A DNA stretch of 64,000 bases from Kiloniellaceae bacterium (GCA_021776095.1 JAJFGO010000055.1:7551-71550); one strand, 5' to 3'. Shown: positions 1-10,627, counted from the stretch's first letter. Notes: generated from the sequence alone by a model not told the origin. Numbers and translations are program-made.

Positions 1-443
1 GCGGTTGGGTTGGGAAACTGCACGAAAGTCAGGGCGGTCATGGCGGCCGCGCCGGACATGGCGACGATCCGGCCCCTGGGCAGCAAGAGAAAGAAAACCA
101 GGCAGGTTTGAATCAGAGTAAGGGCCACGAGAGGATAGCGCAGGGCCACCATCTTCATGCCGAACAGCCCCATCGCTCCCGCGTTGACGAGGTTGATATG
201 GCCAGCGTGAATATCCTGAACGTCTCGATGGAGCACTTCGCCGGCCAGAATGCGTTCGGCGACATGCGCGTAGGCACCGTCTGCCTGCGGCCACCAGAAC
301 CGATCATGGAAATGAAACAGAACCAAGGCTGCAAAGCACACCACGGCCGCACAGGCGATGACGTCGGCCCGGTCGGTCAGGGCCTGACCCGGCCGGGCAC
401 GGACGGTAATCCACCCGAAATACCGATGACTGGTTAGAGTCAC
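1..443 (-). CDS. 5' part of a polytopic membrane protein running off the left edge, possibly an ArnT/PMT-like glycosyltransferase
   Basis: Hand translation of the minus strand from GTG at 443 gives an uninterrupted frame to position 3: VTLTSHRYFGWITVRARPG...DGAYAHVAERILAGEVLHRDVQDIHAGHINLV...LTLIQTCLVFFLLLPRG. It has hydrophobic segments. It is absent from the ORF track because no stop lies in the window. The family call is a guess. Confidence 0.4.
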   Translation of the reverse strand, partial: MTLTSHRYFGWITVRARPGQALTDRADVIACAAVVCFAALVLFHFHDRFWWPQADGAYAHVAERILAGEVLHRDVQDIHAGHINLVNAGAMGLFGMKMVALRYPLVALTLIQTCLVFFLLLPRGRIVAMSGAAAMTALTFVQFPNPT

Positions 444-586
444 GTGACGATCCGATCGAATGGGCCGGGCCGGCGAGGCGCGGCGGCCTCGACCGTTCGC
501 AACCTGGGCGGAAAGGCCCAGATTGGGCGCCGCTCGGTAAAATTTCCCCTAAGCCAGGTCTGCCTAAAACAGACGCACCCAGTGTT

Positions 587-1357
587 TCAGCCGGTTTTCG
601 GCCGTTTCTTACCGATCAAGGCACTAACGATGCCGTGCAGGCTGCGCACTTCCTGTTCGCTGAGATCTGCCCGGCCGAACAAGCTGCGTAGGTTGCGTAC
701 CATGATCGGGCGCCGCTCTGGCGGGTGCATGAATCCGGTCTCGTCCAGGGTCGTCTCCAGCCGCTCGAAAAAATTGAGCAGCTCTGCCTTGGTCGCCGGG
801 CGGCTGTTGCCCATGGGCAGAACCCGCGCCGGGGTCTCGGCGCCGGCCTGAAACCATTCATAACCGACCAGCAGCACCGCCTGCGCCAGGTTCAGAGAGG
901 AAAACGCCGGATTGAGCGGCACCTGAATCACCGCGTCCGCCAGAGCGACATCGTCGCTGGTCAGGCCGGAGCGCTCCGGGCCCATCAGCAGGCCGGCCGC
1001 CCGGCCCACCGCCGCACCGGCGCGCAATTCGGCCGCGGCCTGGCGCGGCGTGACCACCGGCTTGGTCAGATCGCGCGCGCGTGCGCTCGCCGCATAGAGC
1101 CGGTCCAGATCCGCGATCGCATCGCCCAGGGTGTAGAACAGGCGCGCGCGATCCAGCACCGAGGTTGCCCCCGAGGCCGCCGCCTCGGCCGCCGGGTTGG
1201 GCCAGCCGTCGCGCGGGCGCACCAAGCGCAGATCGTCTAGGCCGCAGTTCAGCATGGCGCGCGCGACCATGCCGATGTTCTCGCCCAATTGAGGATCGAC
1301 TAGGATGACCGCGGGGCCGCCGCCCGTTGCCGCTTTCGAATTATCGGTGCCAGCCAT
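587..1357 (-). CDS. SpoU/TrmH-family RNA 2'-O-methyltransferase (TrmJ-like group)
   Basis: 256 aa. ILVDPQLGENIGMVARAMLNCG and the C-terminal IPLNPAFSSLNLAQAV knot-region motif are typical of SPOUT methyltransferases. Confidence 0.8.
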   Translation of the reverse strand: MAGTDNSKAATGGGPAVILVDPQLGENIGMVARAMLNCGLDDLRLVRPRDGWPNPAAEAAASGATSVLDRARLFYTLGDAIADLDRLYAASARARDLTKPVVTPRQAAAELRAGAAVGRAAGLLMGPERSGLTSDDVALADAVIQVPLNPAFSSLNLAQAVLLVGYEWFQAGAETPARVLPMGNSRPATKAELLNFFERLETTLDETGFMHPPERRPIMVRNLRSLFGRADLSEQEVRSLHGIVSALIGKKRPKTG

Positions 1358-1366
1358 AATCCGCGC

Positions 1367-2986
1367 TCAAGCGGGTTGCGTCAGATTGCCGCCTGCCTCA
1401 GCGCCGTCCTGCATAAGCTTCCAGGTAATACCGTCGTGCAAGGCATTGAAGGACGCGTCGATGATGTTGGGCGACACGCCGACCGTGGTCCAACGCCGGC
1501 CGTCTCTGTCCGCGCTGTCGATCATGACCCGCGTCACCGCGCCGGTGCCGGCCTGGGGCGTCAGGATGCGTACCTTGTAGTCGGCCAGGCGCATGTCCTC
1601 GAGGCTCGGATAAATCGGCAGGAGCGCCTTGCGGATCGCGGTGTCTAGGGCGTGCACCGGCCCGTTCCCCGCCGCGACCTCCATGCGCTGTTGACCGGCG
1701 ACATCGAGGGTCACCGTCGCCTCGGATTCCGTGACCAGTTCACCGCGCGCGTTCCAGCGCCGGTCGTCCATGATCCGAAAACGGGTCAGCGTGAAGTAAC
1801 CGGGCACGCCGCCGAAAGCGCGCCGCGCCAGAAGTTCGAAGCTCGCCTCCGCGCCGTCGTAGGCAAAGCCCTCGAACTCGCGCGCCTTGACCTGATCGAT
1901 CAAGGCATTCAGGCGCGTGTCCTTGAGGTCAACGTCGATATCCAGATCGCGAAACCGTGCCAGCACGTTGGAGCGCCCGGCCTGATCGGACATCACGAAA
2001 TGTCGGCGATTGCCAACCAGGGTCGGATCGACATGCTCGTAGGTGCGCGGATCTTTCTCGACCGCGGACACATGCAGCCCGCCTTTATGGGCAAAGGCAC
2101 TATCGCCGACATAAGCCGCGTTACGCGCGGGCGCCCGGTTCAAAAGTTCGTCCAGAAGATGCGACGTGCCGGTCAGTTTTTCCATCTGTGCATCCGACAC
2201 GCCTATCTCGTAGTTCGTCTTCAACTTGAGGGTCGGAATCAACGAGACCAGATTGGCGTTGCCGCAGCGCTCGCCCAGGCCGTTCAAGGTGCCCTGGACC
2301 TGGCATACTCCGGCATTGAGCGCGGCCAGGGAATTGGCGACCGCGTTCTCGGTGTCGTTGTGGCTGTGAATGCCCAGAAGATGTCCGGGAATTTCCTTCG
2401 CCACTTCGGCGACAATGGCCGCGACCTCGTCCGGCAAGGTGCCACCATTGGTATCGCACAGAACCATCCAGCGGGCGCCGCCATCCTGGGCGGCTTTCAG
2501 GCAAGCGAGGGCATAGGCCTTGTCGGACTTGTAGCCGTCGAAGAAATGCTCGGCGTCGTACATGGCCTCGGCCTTGCGCGCATTAGCCACGGCGATGCTA
2601 TCGCCGATCATGGCCAGGTTTTCCTCACGGCTGATGCCGAGGGCGATTTCGACATGAAAATCCCAGGCCTTGCCGACCATGCAGATTGCATCAACCTTGG
2701 CATTCAACAGGGCCGCCAGGCCGGGGTCGTTCTCGGCGCTGCGCCCCGGCCGCCGGGTCATACCAAAGGCGACGAGGCGGGCGTTGCTCATGGCCGGCGG
2801 CTCCGCGAAGAAGACATCGTCGGTCGGGTTGGCGCCGGGCCAGCCACCCTCGACGTAGTCCACGCCCAAGCTGTCCAGCGCCCGGGCGATAGCCGCCTTG
2901 TCGGTCGCGCTGAAATCGACGCCCTGGGTCTGCGCCCCGTCGCGCAGGGTCGAATCGAAGAGATGAATACGTTTGTCGACGGTCAT
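1367..2986 (-). CDS. cimA: Citramalate synthase / 2-isopropylmalate synthase family protein
   Basis: IHLFDSTLRDGAQTQGVDFS and HSHNDTENAVANSLAAL are HMGL-like motifs, with a LeuA-dimerisation-like C-terminus. Start moved to the internal MTVDKR (Met17 of the track ORF). Confidence 0.75.
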   Translation of the reverse strand: MTVDKRIHLFDSTLRDGAQTQGVDFSATDKAAIARALDSLGVDYVEGGWPGANPTDDVFFAEPPAMSNARLVAFGMTRRPGRSAENDPGLAALLNAKVDAICMVGKAWDFHVEIALGISREENLAMIGDSIAVANARKAEAMYDAEHFFDGYKSDKAYALACLKAAQDGGARWMVLCDTNGGTLPDEVAAIVAEVAKEIPGHLLGIHSHNDTENAVANSLAALNAGVCQVQGTLNGLGERCGNANLVSLIPTLKLKTNYEIGVSDAQMEKLTGTSHLLDELLNRAPARNAAYVGDSAFAHKGGLHVSAVEKDPRTYEHVDPTLVGNRRHFVMSDQAGRSNVLARFRDLDIDVDLKDTRLNALIDQVKAREFEGFAYDGAEASFELLARRAFGGVPGYFTLTRFRIMDDRRWNARGELVTESEATVTLDVAGQQRMEVAAGNGPVHALDTAIRKALLPIYPSLEDMRLADYKVRILTPQAGTGAVTRVMIDSADRDGRRWTTVGVSPNIIDASFNALHDGITWKLMQDGAEAGGNLTQPA

Positions 2987-3088
2987 GTCATGTGCCTCGG
3001 GGGGCCAATGAGCATAGCCGGGGCGTGCCGTCAACGCCCCCGCCCGGTTGAATCGCCCCGGCGATTGACCCCCAGTCGGCTCGGTGAC

Positions 3089-3150
3089 TAGAGCAATACC
3101 TGAACGAATAGAACCGATACGGTTCGATTCGTTCAGGTGAAATTGCTCTA
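3089..3150. repeat. 62-bp imperfect palindrome bounded by CTAGAGCA.../...TGCTCTA
   Basis: tagagcaatacctgaacgaatagaaccg / cggttcgattcgttcaggtgaaattgctcta. The arms pair over about 27 bp with one 3-nt bulge. It lies in the divergent cimA/LysE intergenic region. Confidence 0.75.
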
Positions 3151-3162
3151 CTCTTCAATGAG

Positions 3163-3229
3163 CTAGAGCAGCTTTATCCGGTCCCTTGGATCGCTGAAAG
3201 CGATTCCAATGGACCGGATGCTGCTCTAG
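3163..3229. repeat. 67-bp imperfect palindrome bounded by CTAGAGCAGC / GCTGCTCTAG
   Basis: ctagagcagctttatccggtcccttggatcgct-gaa-agcgattccaatggaccggatgctgctctag. It ends 10 nt before the LysE-family start codon. Confidence 0.75.
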
Positions 3230-3239
3230 GATCGCGGTT

Positions 3240-3899
3240 ATGCCGAGCGATCTTTCCTTCCTGCCCGACTGGGGCACCCTGCTGCCGTTCTTTGCCGCCA
3301 GCTTTGCGCTTTATCTGACTCCGGGCGTGGACATGGCCTTCATCGCCGTGACCAGCACGCGCCAGGGGGTAAGGGCGGGCGCCACAGCGGCGCTGGGTAT
3401 CGTGGGCGGCTGCATGGTGCACACCCTGGCCGCCGCGGTGGGCATCTCGGCCTTGATCATGGCCTCGCAGGAGTTGTTCACGGTCATCAAGATCGCCGGG
3501 GCGCTCTACTTGGTCTATCTGGCTTTGAAGATGCTGCGCGCCCCCGCCGCCCAACCCGGCGATGCGGGCACGCAGATCGCGCCGGCACGCAGTCATGTGA
3601 AGATCTTCGGCCAGGCCGCCTTGATCAACCTCCTGAACCCCAAGGTCGGCATCTTTATGCTGGCCTTCCTGCCCCAATTCGTGGATCCGGCACGTGGCCA
3701 TATTGCCTGGCAGATCCTGGCCCTCGGCCTGCTGTTCAACCTGGGCAGTATCCCGAGCAACACCGGGGTCGCGGTTCTAGCTGCTGGCCTAGGCCGCCGC
3801 CTTCGCGGCTCGGCCCTCGCCGGTCGTCTGGCCCGCTGGCTCGCCGCCGGCATACTGGGCGGTCTGGCGCTACGCCTGGCCCTGTCGGAACGGACCTAG
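3240..3899 (+). CDS. LysE/RhtB-family amino-acid efflux protein
   Basis: 219 aa with about 6 TM segments. The N-terminal [28 protein letters not shown] is typical of the LysE family. Confidence 0.8.
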   Translation: MPSDLSFLPDWGTLLPFFAASFALYLTPGVDMAFIAVTSTRQGVRAGATAALGIVGGCMVHTLAAAVGISALIMASQELFTVIKIAGALYLVYLALKMLRAPAAQPGDAGTQIAPARSHVKIFGQAALINLLNPKVGIFMLAFLPQFVDPARGHIAWQILALGLLFNLGSIPSNTGVAVLAAGLGRRLRGSALAGRLARWLAAGILGGLALRLALSERT

Positions 3900-5299
3900 G
3901 CTCGGCGCCAGGTGGTCCCTTGGGGCCCGTCCTCTAGAACGATGCCGCGTTCAACTAATTCATCGCGGATACGGTCGGCCTCGGCGAAGTCCTTGGCCTT
4001 GCGCGCGGCAAGGCGCGCCGCAATCAATTTTTCGATCTCCTCGGCCTCGGCATCGCCGCCGCCACCGCCTTGGAACCAATCCTCCGGGTCCTGGCCCAGG
4101 AGACCCATGAGCCGGCCAGCCGCTAGAAACACGCCCTTGAGCCGCGCCTGTTGCGATTTGTCCTTGGCCTTGTTGAGCGCCGTGCCGATCCTGTGCATCT
4201 CGGCCAGGGCCTCGGGCGTGTTGAGATCGTCGGACAGAGCCGCGACCACAGCGTCGGGCGGCGGCAGATCCAAAGGCGCGATGTCAGGCACCGCGCGCAG
4301 GGCGCCGTAAAAGCGGTCGAGCTGCGCCTTGGATTCCTTGATCTTCTCACGGGTGATGTCCAGAGGCTGCCGGTAGTGGCCGGACAGCAGCGCCAGGCGA
4401 ATCGCCTCGCCCGGCCAGCCTTCCTCGAGCAACTGGCGCACGGTGAAGAAGTTGCCGAGCGACTTAGACATCTTCTCACCCTCGACCACCACGTAGCCGT
4501 TATGCATCCAGACATTGACGAAGGGCCGGCCGTCATGGGCGCAGAGCGATTGCGCGATTTCGTTTTCATGGTGCGGAAAAATCAGGTCCTGGCCGCCGCC
4601 GTGAATATCGAAGTGCTCGCCCAGGTGTTCCTCCGCCATGGCCGAGCATTCGATGTGCCAGCCGGGCCGCCCACGGCCCCAGGGGCTGTCCCAGCCCGGC
4701 TGTTCCGACGTGCTTGGTTTCCACAGCACGAAATCCGCCGGGTCTTTTTTGTAAGGCGCGACCTCGACACGGGCACCGGCGATCAACTCGTCCCGGCTGT
4801 GCCCGGATAGCCGTCCATAGTCGGGCATGGATTGCACCGAAAACAAGACGTGCGAGCCTGTCCCGGCCTCCGAGCCGGGAGCGGCATAGGCGTGGCTGCG
4901 TTCGATCAGGCGCTCGATCATGACGATCATTTGCGCGATGTGATCGGTCGCGCGCGGCTCGACGCTCGGCGGCAGGGCGCCCAGCGCCGCCATGTCCTCG
5001 TGAAAGGCCTTGGTGGTGCGCGCTGTGACCGAATCGATCGGCTCGCCGCTTTCCTTGGCGGCAACGATGATCTTGTCCTCGACGTCGGTGATGTTGCGCG
5101 CGTAGGTCACATGCTCCGCGCCGTAAAGCCGGCGCAGCAGGCGGTACAGCACGTCGAAGACCACGACCGGACGGGCATTGCCGATATGCGCCAGGTCGTA
5201 GACCGTCGGCCCGCAGACATAGACCCGCACGTTCTTTGGATCGAGCGGCTCGAAGGCCTGCTTGGCGCGAGTCAGGGTATTGTGAAACTGAAGGGTCAC
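3896..5299 (-). CDS. cysS: Cysteine--tRNA ligase
   Basis: 467 aa. HIGN (HIGH) and KMSKS motifs, WHIECS zinc site. Confidence 0.95.
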   Translation of the reverse strand: MTLQFHNTLTRAKQAFEPLDPKNVRVYVCGPTVYDLAHIGNARPVVVFDVLYRLLRRLYGAEHVTYARNITDVEDKIIVAAKESGEPIDSVTARTTKAFHEDMAALGALPPSVEPRATDHIAQMIVMIERLIERSHAYAAPGSEAGTGSHVLFSVQSMPDYGRLSGHSRDELIAGARVEVAPYKKDPADFVLWKPSTSEQPGWDSPWGRGRPGWHIECSAMAEEHLGEHFDIHGGGQDLIFPHHENEIAQSLCAHDGRPFVNVWMHNGYVVVEGEKMSKSLGNFFTVRQLLEEGWPGEAIRLALLSGHYRQPLDITREKIKESKAQLDRFYGALRAVPDIAPLDLPPPDAVVAALSDDLNTPEALAEMHRIGTALNKAKDKSQQARLKGVFLAAGRLMGLLGQDPEDWFQGGGGGDAEAEEIEKLIAARLAARKAKDFAEADRIRDELVERGIVLEDGPQGTTWRRA

Positions 5300-5327
5300 G
5301 GCTTGTCCGTCATCGTCGTGCTTTTCC

Positions 5328-7013
5328 TCACACCGGCCCTCGAAACCGGTTCACCATGGGATAGCGCCGGTCGCGGCCGAAGGCGCGGCGGGTGATCTTG
5401 ACCCCGGGCGCGGCCTGGCGGCGTTTGTACTCGGCGCTTTCCAGCATGTGCCAGACGCGCCGCACCGTCGCGCGTTCGTGGCCGCGCGCGACGATCTGGT
5501 CGACGCCCATCTCCTCCTCGATCAGGCACTCCAGGATATCGTCCAGCTTGTCGTAAGGCGGCAGGCTATCCTGGTCGGTCTGGTTCGGCTTCAACTCGGC
5601 GGTCGGCACCTTGTCGATGATGCGTTCCGGGACGACCCGCCCGCCGGGTCCCAGCGCGCCGCGCGGCAGCGATTGATTGCGCCAGCGCGACAAGGCGTAG
5701 ACAGCCGTCTTGTAAACATCCTTCAGCACGTTATAGCCGCCCGCCATGTCGCCGTAGAGGGTGGCGTAGCCGACCGACATCTCCGATTTGTTGCCGGTCG
5801 AAAGCACCATGTGACCCAGTTTGTTGCTGATCGCCATAAGCGTGATCATGCGCGAGCGCGCCTGAATGTTTTCCTCCGTGGTGTCGGGCGCCAGCGCATC
5901 GAAAACCGGCGCCAGCATGCCGTCGAAGGCCTGCATGGCCGGCTCGATTCCCACGGTGTCCAGGTGGACTTGGAGCATTTCAGCGCAGTCCGCCGCGTCG
6001 TCCAGGCTCTCCCGGCTGGTATAGGGCGAGGGCATCATGACGCAATGAACCCGATCCGGACCCAGGGCATCGGTCGCGATCGCCGCAGAGAGGGCCGAAT
6101 CGATCCCGCCCGACAAACCCAGGATAACGCCCTTGAAGCCGTTCTTGTTGACGTAGTCCCGCAGGCCCAGCATGAGCGCGCTGTAGACCGGCTCCAGGCC
6201 GGTATCGGGCGCCTCACGTTGAGCGTCGGCACAGCTCCAAACGCCGTCCGCGCCGCGCCGCCATTCCGTCACCACCAGGGCCTCGCGAAAGGCCGGCAGT
6301 TGGGCGCGCAGGTTGCAAGCGGCATCGAGCACGAAGGAGCCGCCATCAAAGACCAGTTCGTCCTGGCCGCCAACCTGATTGATGTACACAAGCGGCAAGC
6401 CGGTTTCGGTCACGCGCTGGACCGCGAGCTGGATGCGCTGATCCGATTTGCCCATTTCATAGGGACTTCCGTTCGGCACGATCAGGATCTCGGCCCCGGA
6501 TTCCGCCAGGCACTCGCACACGTCGCCGGTCCAGATATCCTCGCAGATCGGCACGCCCAGGCGCACGCCCCGAAAGTTGATCGGCCCGGGCATGGGTCCG
6601 GGCTTGAAGACCCGCGCCTCATCGAACACGCCGTAATTCGGCAGGTCGTGTTTGTCGCGCCGGGCCGCGATCTCGCCGCCATCGAGTAGCAGGATCGAGT
6701 TGGTGACATGCTGGCGCAAGGGACCGGAGACCTCAGGACCGCACCAGGGCGTGCCGATGATCAGGCCCGGGCCGCCGTCCGCCGTCTCCGCCGCCAGCGC
6801 CTCGACCGCGCGGCGCACCTCCTCCAGGAAGGCCGGCTTGAGCACCAGATCCTCGGGCGGATAACCGCTGACCACCAGTTCGGTTGTGACCAGAAGCTCG
6901 GCGCTCAGGGCCGCCGCTTGGGCCCGGCGCTTGCGAATCAGCTCGACGTTGCCGGCGATGTCGCCGACTGTCGGATTGAGTTGGGCGAGCGCGATGGAGA
7001 GCCGATCGGTCAT
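5328..7013 (-). CDS. nadE: Glutamine-dependent NAD+ synthetase (CN-hydrolase + NAD synthetase domains)
   Basis: 561 aa. N-terminal nitrilase-like domain (ICEDIW) and SGGIDS PP-loop. Confidence 0.95.
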   Translation of the reverse strand: MTDRLSIALAQLNPTVGDIAGNVELIRKRRAQAAALSAELLVTTELVVSGYPPEDLVLKPAFLEEVRRAVEALAAETADGGPGLIIGTPWCGPEVSGPLRQHVTNSILLLDGGEIAARRDKHDLPNYGVFDEARVFKPGPMPGPINFRGVRLGVPICEDIWTGDVCECLAESGAEILIVPNGSPYEMGKSDQRIQLAVQRVTETGLPLVYINQVGGQDELVFDGGSFVLDAACNLRAQLPAFREALVVTEWRRGADGVWSCADAQREAPDTGLEPVYSALMLGLRDYVNKNGFKGVILGLSGGIDSALSAAIATDALGPDRVHCVMMPSPYTSRESLDDAADCAEMLQVHLDTVGIEPAMQAFDGMLAPVFDALAPDTTEENIQARSRMITLMAISNKLGHMVLSTGNKSEMSVGYATLYGDMAGGYNVLKDVYKTAVYALSRWRNQSLPRGALGPGGRVVPERIIDKVPTAELKPNQTDQDSLPPYDKLDDILECLIEEEMGVDQIVARGHERATVRRVWHMLESAEYKRRQAAPGVKITRRAFGRDRRYPMVNRFRGPV

Positions 7014-7022
7014 GGCGGTTTC

Positions 7023-7841
7023 TTACGCTCCCAAGGCCCCGGGTGGCAAGCCGCCCTCCTGGCTCAGGTAGGCGCGCGGGCTGGTGCCCAGGGCCTTGCG
7101 GAACATGGCGATAAAGGCGGAGGGGCTGTCATAGCCCACGGCGAAGGCGACGCTGGTCACCGCCTCCCCGGCACTCAGGCGGGCCAAGGCCGCGTGCAGG
7201 CGGACCTGCTGACGCCAGGCCCGAAAGCCCATGCCGGTTTCGGCCTCGAACAGACGTGCCAGAGTGCGCGCGCTGGCGCCCGCGACCCGGGCCCAATCGG
7301 TCAACCCCCGCGGATCGGCCGGGTCTGCCAGAATCGCGTCGGCAATGGGTCGTAGACGCGCCGCGCGGGGTATGGGTAGGTGAAGGGTGGCCAGCACCGG
7401 CGCGCGCAACTGGTCCAGGATGACCGCCGCCAAGCGCGCCTCCGGCCCATGGGGCCCGAAGTCCAGAGATGCCGTCGAGAAGGCCGCGATGAGTTCGCGC
7501 AGCAAGGCGGAGACCGAGATCACCTGACAGGCCCCTGGAAGCCCCTCAAGGCCCTCCAGGACATAAAGCGAACGCATCTGCACCTCGCCCACCATGGTCA
7601 CCTGATGGGCCATGCCGGCCGGGATCCAGACCGCGCGCTGGGGCGGTACCACCCAGACCCCCAGGGCCGTCTCGACCCGCATCAGGCCAGAGAGGGCGTA
7701 GAGCAATTGGGCATGGGCGTGATCGTGCCGCTCGGTGTCATGGCCATCGGGATAGCGCCGGGCATAGCCAACGACCGGATGCTCCGGGTTGGGCAAGGGC
7801 CTGTCTTGGGCATCCCTGGCGATTTGTCCATTGTCCGACAT
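7023..7841 (-). CDS. AraC-family transcriptional regulator with N-terminal cupin domain
   Basis: 272 aa. Cupin-like H-rich N-terminus and C-terminal AraC HTH (GYDSPSAFIAMFRKALGTSPRAY). Confidence 0.85.
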   Translation of the reverse strand: MSDNGQIARDAQDRPLPNPEHPVVGYARRYPDGHDTERHDHAHAQLLYALSGLMRVETALGVWVVPPQRAVWIPAGMAHQVTMVGEVQMRSLYVLEGLEGLPGACQVISVSALLRELIAAFSTASLDFGPHGPEARLAAVILDQLRAPVLATLHLPIPRAARLRPIADAILADPADPRGLTDWARVAGASARTLARLFEAETGMGFRAWRQQVRLHAALARLSAGEAVTSVAFAVGYDSPSAFIAMFRKALGTSPRAYLSQEGGLPPGALGA

Positions 7842-7938
7842 TGATTGGCATTATGCCGATAGAATGACATTCGAGCCAAGCTTATCTTGGCATCTTCGAG
7901 AAGGGACCGCCGCGAAGGGCAAGTTCATCGCGTCATCA

Positions 7939-8100
7939 TCCTTCGACAAGCTCAGGATGAGGCCGCTGGTGGTGCGACCCAAACGGATGGTTCCCATCCG
8001 TTTGGGTAAGTCGCCCCACTAGGGCCAGGAGCGGATCAAGGTTACGTCTTGGCTGGGGTGTTGAACGCGACCTTGTCCTCATCCTGAGCCTGTCGAAGGA
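7939..8100. repeat. 162-bp element with 24-bp terminal inverted repeats and a central hairpin core
   Basis: Left end tccttcgacaagctcaggatgagg (7939-7962). Right end cctcatcctgagcctgtcgaagga (8077-8100), 23/24 complementary. Core gcgacccaaacggatggttcccatccgtttgggtaagtcgcccc (7974-8017) recurs inverted at 55732-55775. Confidence 0.75.
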
Positions 8101-8147
8101 GAGGACAAGCCCGTCCCACAAGCGGCTCCAAGGGGAAAACAACTGCC

Positions 8148-9371
8148 GTGCTAAAACGCCTCGCCGAGATATGGAACAGCTTGCGACGCCACGGCTGGCG
8201 GTCGCCGGAGGCATTGCTTCTGCTGTTCGGCGCGGCTGGGTCGCTCTCCTTCGCGACCTGGATGTCCTTGCTCAACAACTTCGCGGTCGAGCGCGCGGCC
8301 TTCACCGGCGCCGAAATGGGTATCCTGCAAAGCCTGCGCGAGGTGCCGGGCTTCCTGGCCTTCACCGCCGTTTTCGTGCTGCTGGTCTTGCGCGAGCAGA
8401 CCTTCGCGATCCTGGCGCTCGCCCTGCTCGGCCTGGGCACGGCGCTGACCGGGTTCCTACCCAGCTTTTTCGGCCTGATCTGCACGACCATGATCATGTC
8501 GATCGGCTTTCATTACTACGAGGCTTTGCAGCAGAGCCTGGCCCTGCAGTGGGTCGGCAAGGACCGGGCGCCGATCGTGCTCGGCCGGGTGCTGGCAGCG
8601 GCGAGCGCGGCGGCGCTGCTTGGCTATGGCTTGATCTGGGCCGCCTTCGACGTGATCGGCATGGATTACCTGCCCGTGTACCTGATCGGCGGCGGCCTGA
8701 CCGTCGGTGCCGCGGTGTTTGCCTGGTTCGCCTATCCGCGCTTTCCCGGCAAGGTCGAACAGCACAAGAAGCTGATCTTTCGCAGGCGCTACTGGCTTTA
8801 CTACGCGCTGGTCTTTGTCTCGGGCGCCCGGCGGCAGATTTTTATGGTCTTCGCCGGCTTCATGATGGTCGAAAAATTCGGGTACTCGGTCGGCGACCTC
8901 ACGTTGCTGTTCCTGATCAACAACGCCGCCAACATTTGGTTCGCGCCGCTCGTCGGCAAGCTGATCGTACGCTGGGGCGAGCGCAAGGCACTTACTTTCG
9001 AGTACCTGGGATTGATCGTCGTATTCACAACATATGCCTTCGTCGAGAACGCGACCTTGGCGGCGGCGCTCTATGTGGTCGATCACCTGTTCTTCGCCAT
9101 GGCAATCGCGATCAAGACCTACTTCCAAAAGATCTCCGACCCGCGCGACATCGCGCCCACGGCCGCGGTCTCTTTCACCATCAGCCACATCGCCGCCGTG
9201 GTCCTGCCCGCTGTGCTGGGCCTCTTGTGGCTGGTCAACCCGGCGGCGGTGTTCCTGACCGGCACCGGGTTCGCGGTTTGCTCGCTGATCCTGAGCCAGA
9301 TGATTCCGCCGCGCCCGGAACCGGGCAACGAAACCCTACTCGCCCGTCCCGCCCCGCAACCGGCGGAGTGA
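8148..9371 (+). CDS. MFS-type transporter
   Basis: 407 aa with about 12 hydrophobic segments. No specific subfamily recognised. Confidence 0.65.
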   Translation: MLKRLAEIWNSLRRHGWRSPEALLLLFGAAGSLSFATWMSLLNNFAVERAAFTGAEMGILQSLREVPGFLAFTAVFVLLVLREQTFAILALALLGLGTALTGFLPSFFGLICTTMIMSIGFHYYEALQQSLALQWVGKDRAPIVLGRVLAAASAAALLGYGLIWAAFDVIGMDYLPVYLIGGGLTVGAAVFAWFAYPRFPGKVEQHKKLIFRRRYWLYYALVFVSGARRQIFMVFAGFMMVEKFGYSVGDLTLLFLINNAANIWFAPLVGKLIVRWGERKALTFEYLGLIVVFTTYAFVENATLAAALYVVDHLFFAMAIAIKTYFQKISDPRDIAPTAAVSFTISHIAAVVLPAVLGLLWLVNPAAVFLTGTGFAVCSLILSQMIPPRPEPGNETLLARPAPQPAE

Positions 9372-9379
9372 ATTCGTTT

Positions 9380-10549
9380 CTACCGCGTCATATCGCGCAG
9401 CAGGAATTCGCGGCCGACCTTGACCCGTGGCTCGCCGTCGTATTCGACGATGTCGGCGGTGGCATAGGTCTCCGACCAGATATCCGGCAGATAACTGCCC
9501 GTGCCGATCACGTCGATCGGCGCGTTGGCCTCGGCCATCAGCTTGCATTTGGCTGGACCGAAGCCGGATGAAGCAACGATTTTGACTCTGTCGAAGCCTT
9601 CGGCGTTGAGGGCCTCGCGCAAGGACCAGATGGCGGCGGCGGAAACGCCGGGCCCGACCAAATAACGCAACTCGGTCTCGGTGCGGTAACCGCGCACGGC
9701 GGCATGGCTGTTACCCTCCAGCACCGCGTAGGAGGCCGGGGGATCGAGACCTTCGATAAAGCGGCTGCCCGGGGTATCGAGGCGGATCGACAGGCGGCCC
9801 TCGGCGGCGCGCTGAGCGAAGCGCCGGCACACGGTTAGGGAATCGGTGACCTCGCGCGCGAAATAGTCGACCAGAACGGTCATCGACTCGTACGGGAAGC
9901 AGGTATCGAACATCTCGGCCGCGCGCAGAGTGGAACCGGCATAGCCGATCAAGGCATGGGGCATGGTGCCCAAGCCCTGGTCCTGGCCGAAGTAGTGGGC
10001 GGTCGCATCGGTCGCATTGCCGATAAAGCCGACGGCGCCGACCTTGCGTTTAGCGCGCGCAGAGCCGACGGCGGCGGCGTAGGCCATGATCTCGGCCATC
10101 TCGGTCCCCGCGCAATGACGGGCGTCCATGGCCAGAAAGGCGACCTGCGGCAGGTCGGCGCACATGGTATAGGCGTTGTAGGCGGCGACGCAGGCCGGCC
10201 CCAACTTTTGCAGCAACAGGGTTTCCAGGTCCGCCAGATGTTTGAGCGAACCGGTGATATACATGATCGGTTCGCCGGCCCCGACCCAGCGGCCCTCGGC
10301 ATGCCGCAAATCGATCTTGAACTCGGCCTTGCGCTTCAACCCGATCGCTTGCAGCCAATCAAGCGCCAGGCGCGGCGCGGAGACCACCGGACGGCGCATG
10401 AAGACCGCGTAGGTGACCTCGGCATCCCCGAAACGCTCGACCGCCTGCTTGGTGCGCTGAAAGTAGTGGTCGGTCCAGTCGGCAATGTCGGCGTCTTCGG
10501 CCGGCCAAACGGGCCGGGCGGGGTGCGCTCGGGCGGAGTCAGCGGACAT
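9380..10549 (-). CDS. Nicotinate phosphoribosyltransferase-like protein (type II PRTase fold)
   Basis: The composition and motif pattern (DWTDHYFQRTK..., GTMPHALIGYAG, RLDTPGS) resemble archaeal-type NAPRTases. Start set at MSADS, preceded by GGAGAC. Confidence 0.6.
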   Translation of the reverse strand: MSADSARAHPARPVWPAEDADIADWTDHYFQRTKQAVERFGDAEVTYAVFMRRPVVSAPRLALDWLQAIGLKRKAEFKIDLRHAEGRWVGAGEPIMYITGSLKHLADLETLLLQKLGPACVAAYNAYTMCADLPQVAFLAMDARHCAGTEMAEIMAYAAAVGSARAKRKVGAVGFIGNATDATAHYFGQDQGLGTMPHALIGYAGSTLRAAEMFDTCFPYESMTVLVDYFAREVTDSLTVCRRFAQRAAEGRLSIRLDTPGSRFIEGLDPPASYAVLEGNSHAAVRGYRTETELRYLVGPGVSAAAIWSLREALNAEGFDRVKIVASSGFGPAKCKLMAEANAPIDVIGTGSYLPDIWSETYATADIVEYDGEPRVKVGREFLLRDMTR

Positions 10550-10627
10550 ACCGGGTCTCCATATTCTTGCCCGTCCCCCGGGCCTTGTCCGGATCATAGG
10601 CTCCGGACACGCCCTCTGGATGAGCCG

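Noticed and set aside
1652-3091. 479-aa plus-strand ORF.
   Set aside because: It is antisense to the citramalate synthase gene. The Arg/Gly/Ala-rich composition is typical of high-GC shadow frames, and it has no motifs.
5448-6689. 413-aa plus-strand ORF.
   Set aside because: Antisense shadow of nadE.
8171-9571. 466-aa plus-strand ORF in an alternative frame over the MFS gene.
   Set aside because: The Arg/Pro-rich translation has no hydrophobic segments, whereas the 8148-9371 frame gives a clean polytopic membrane protein.
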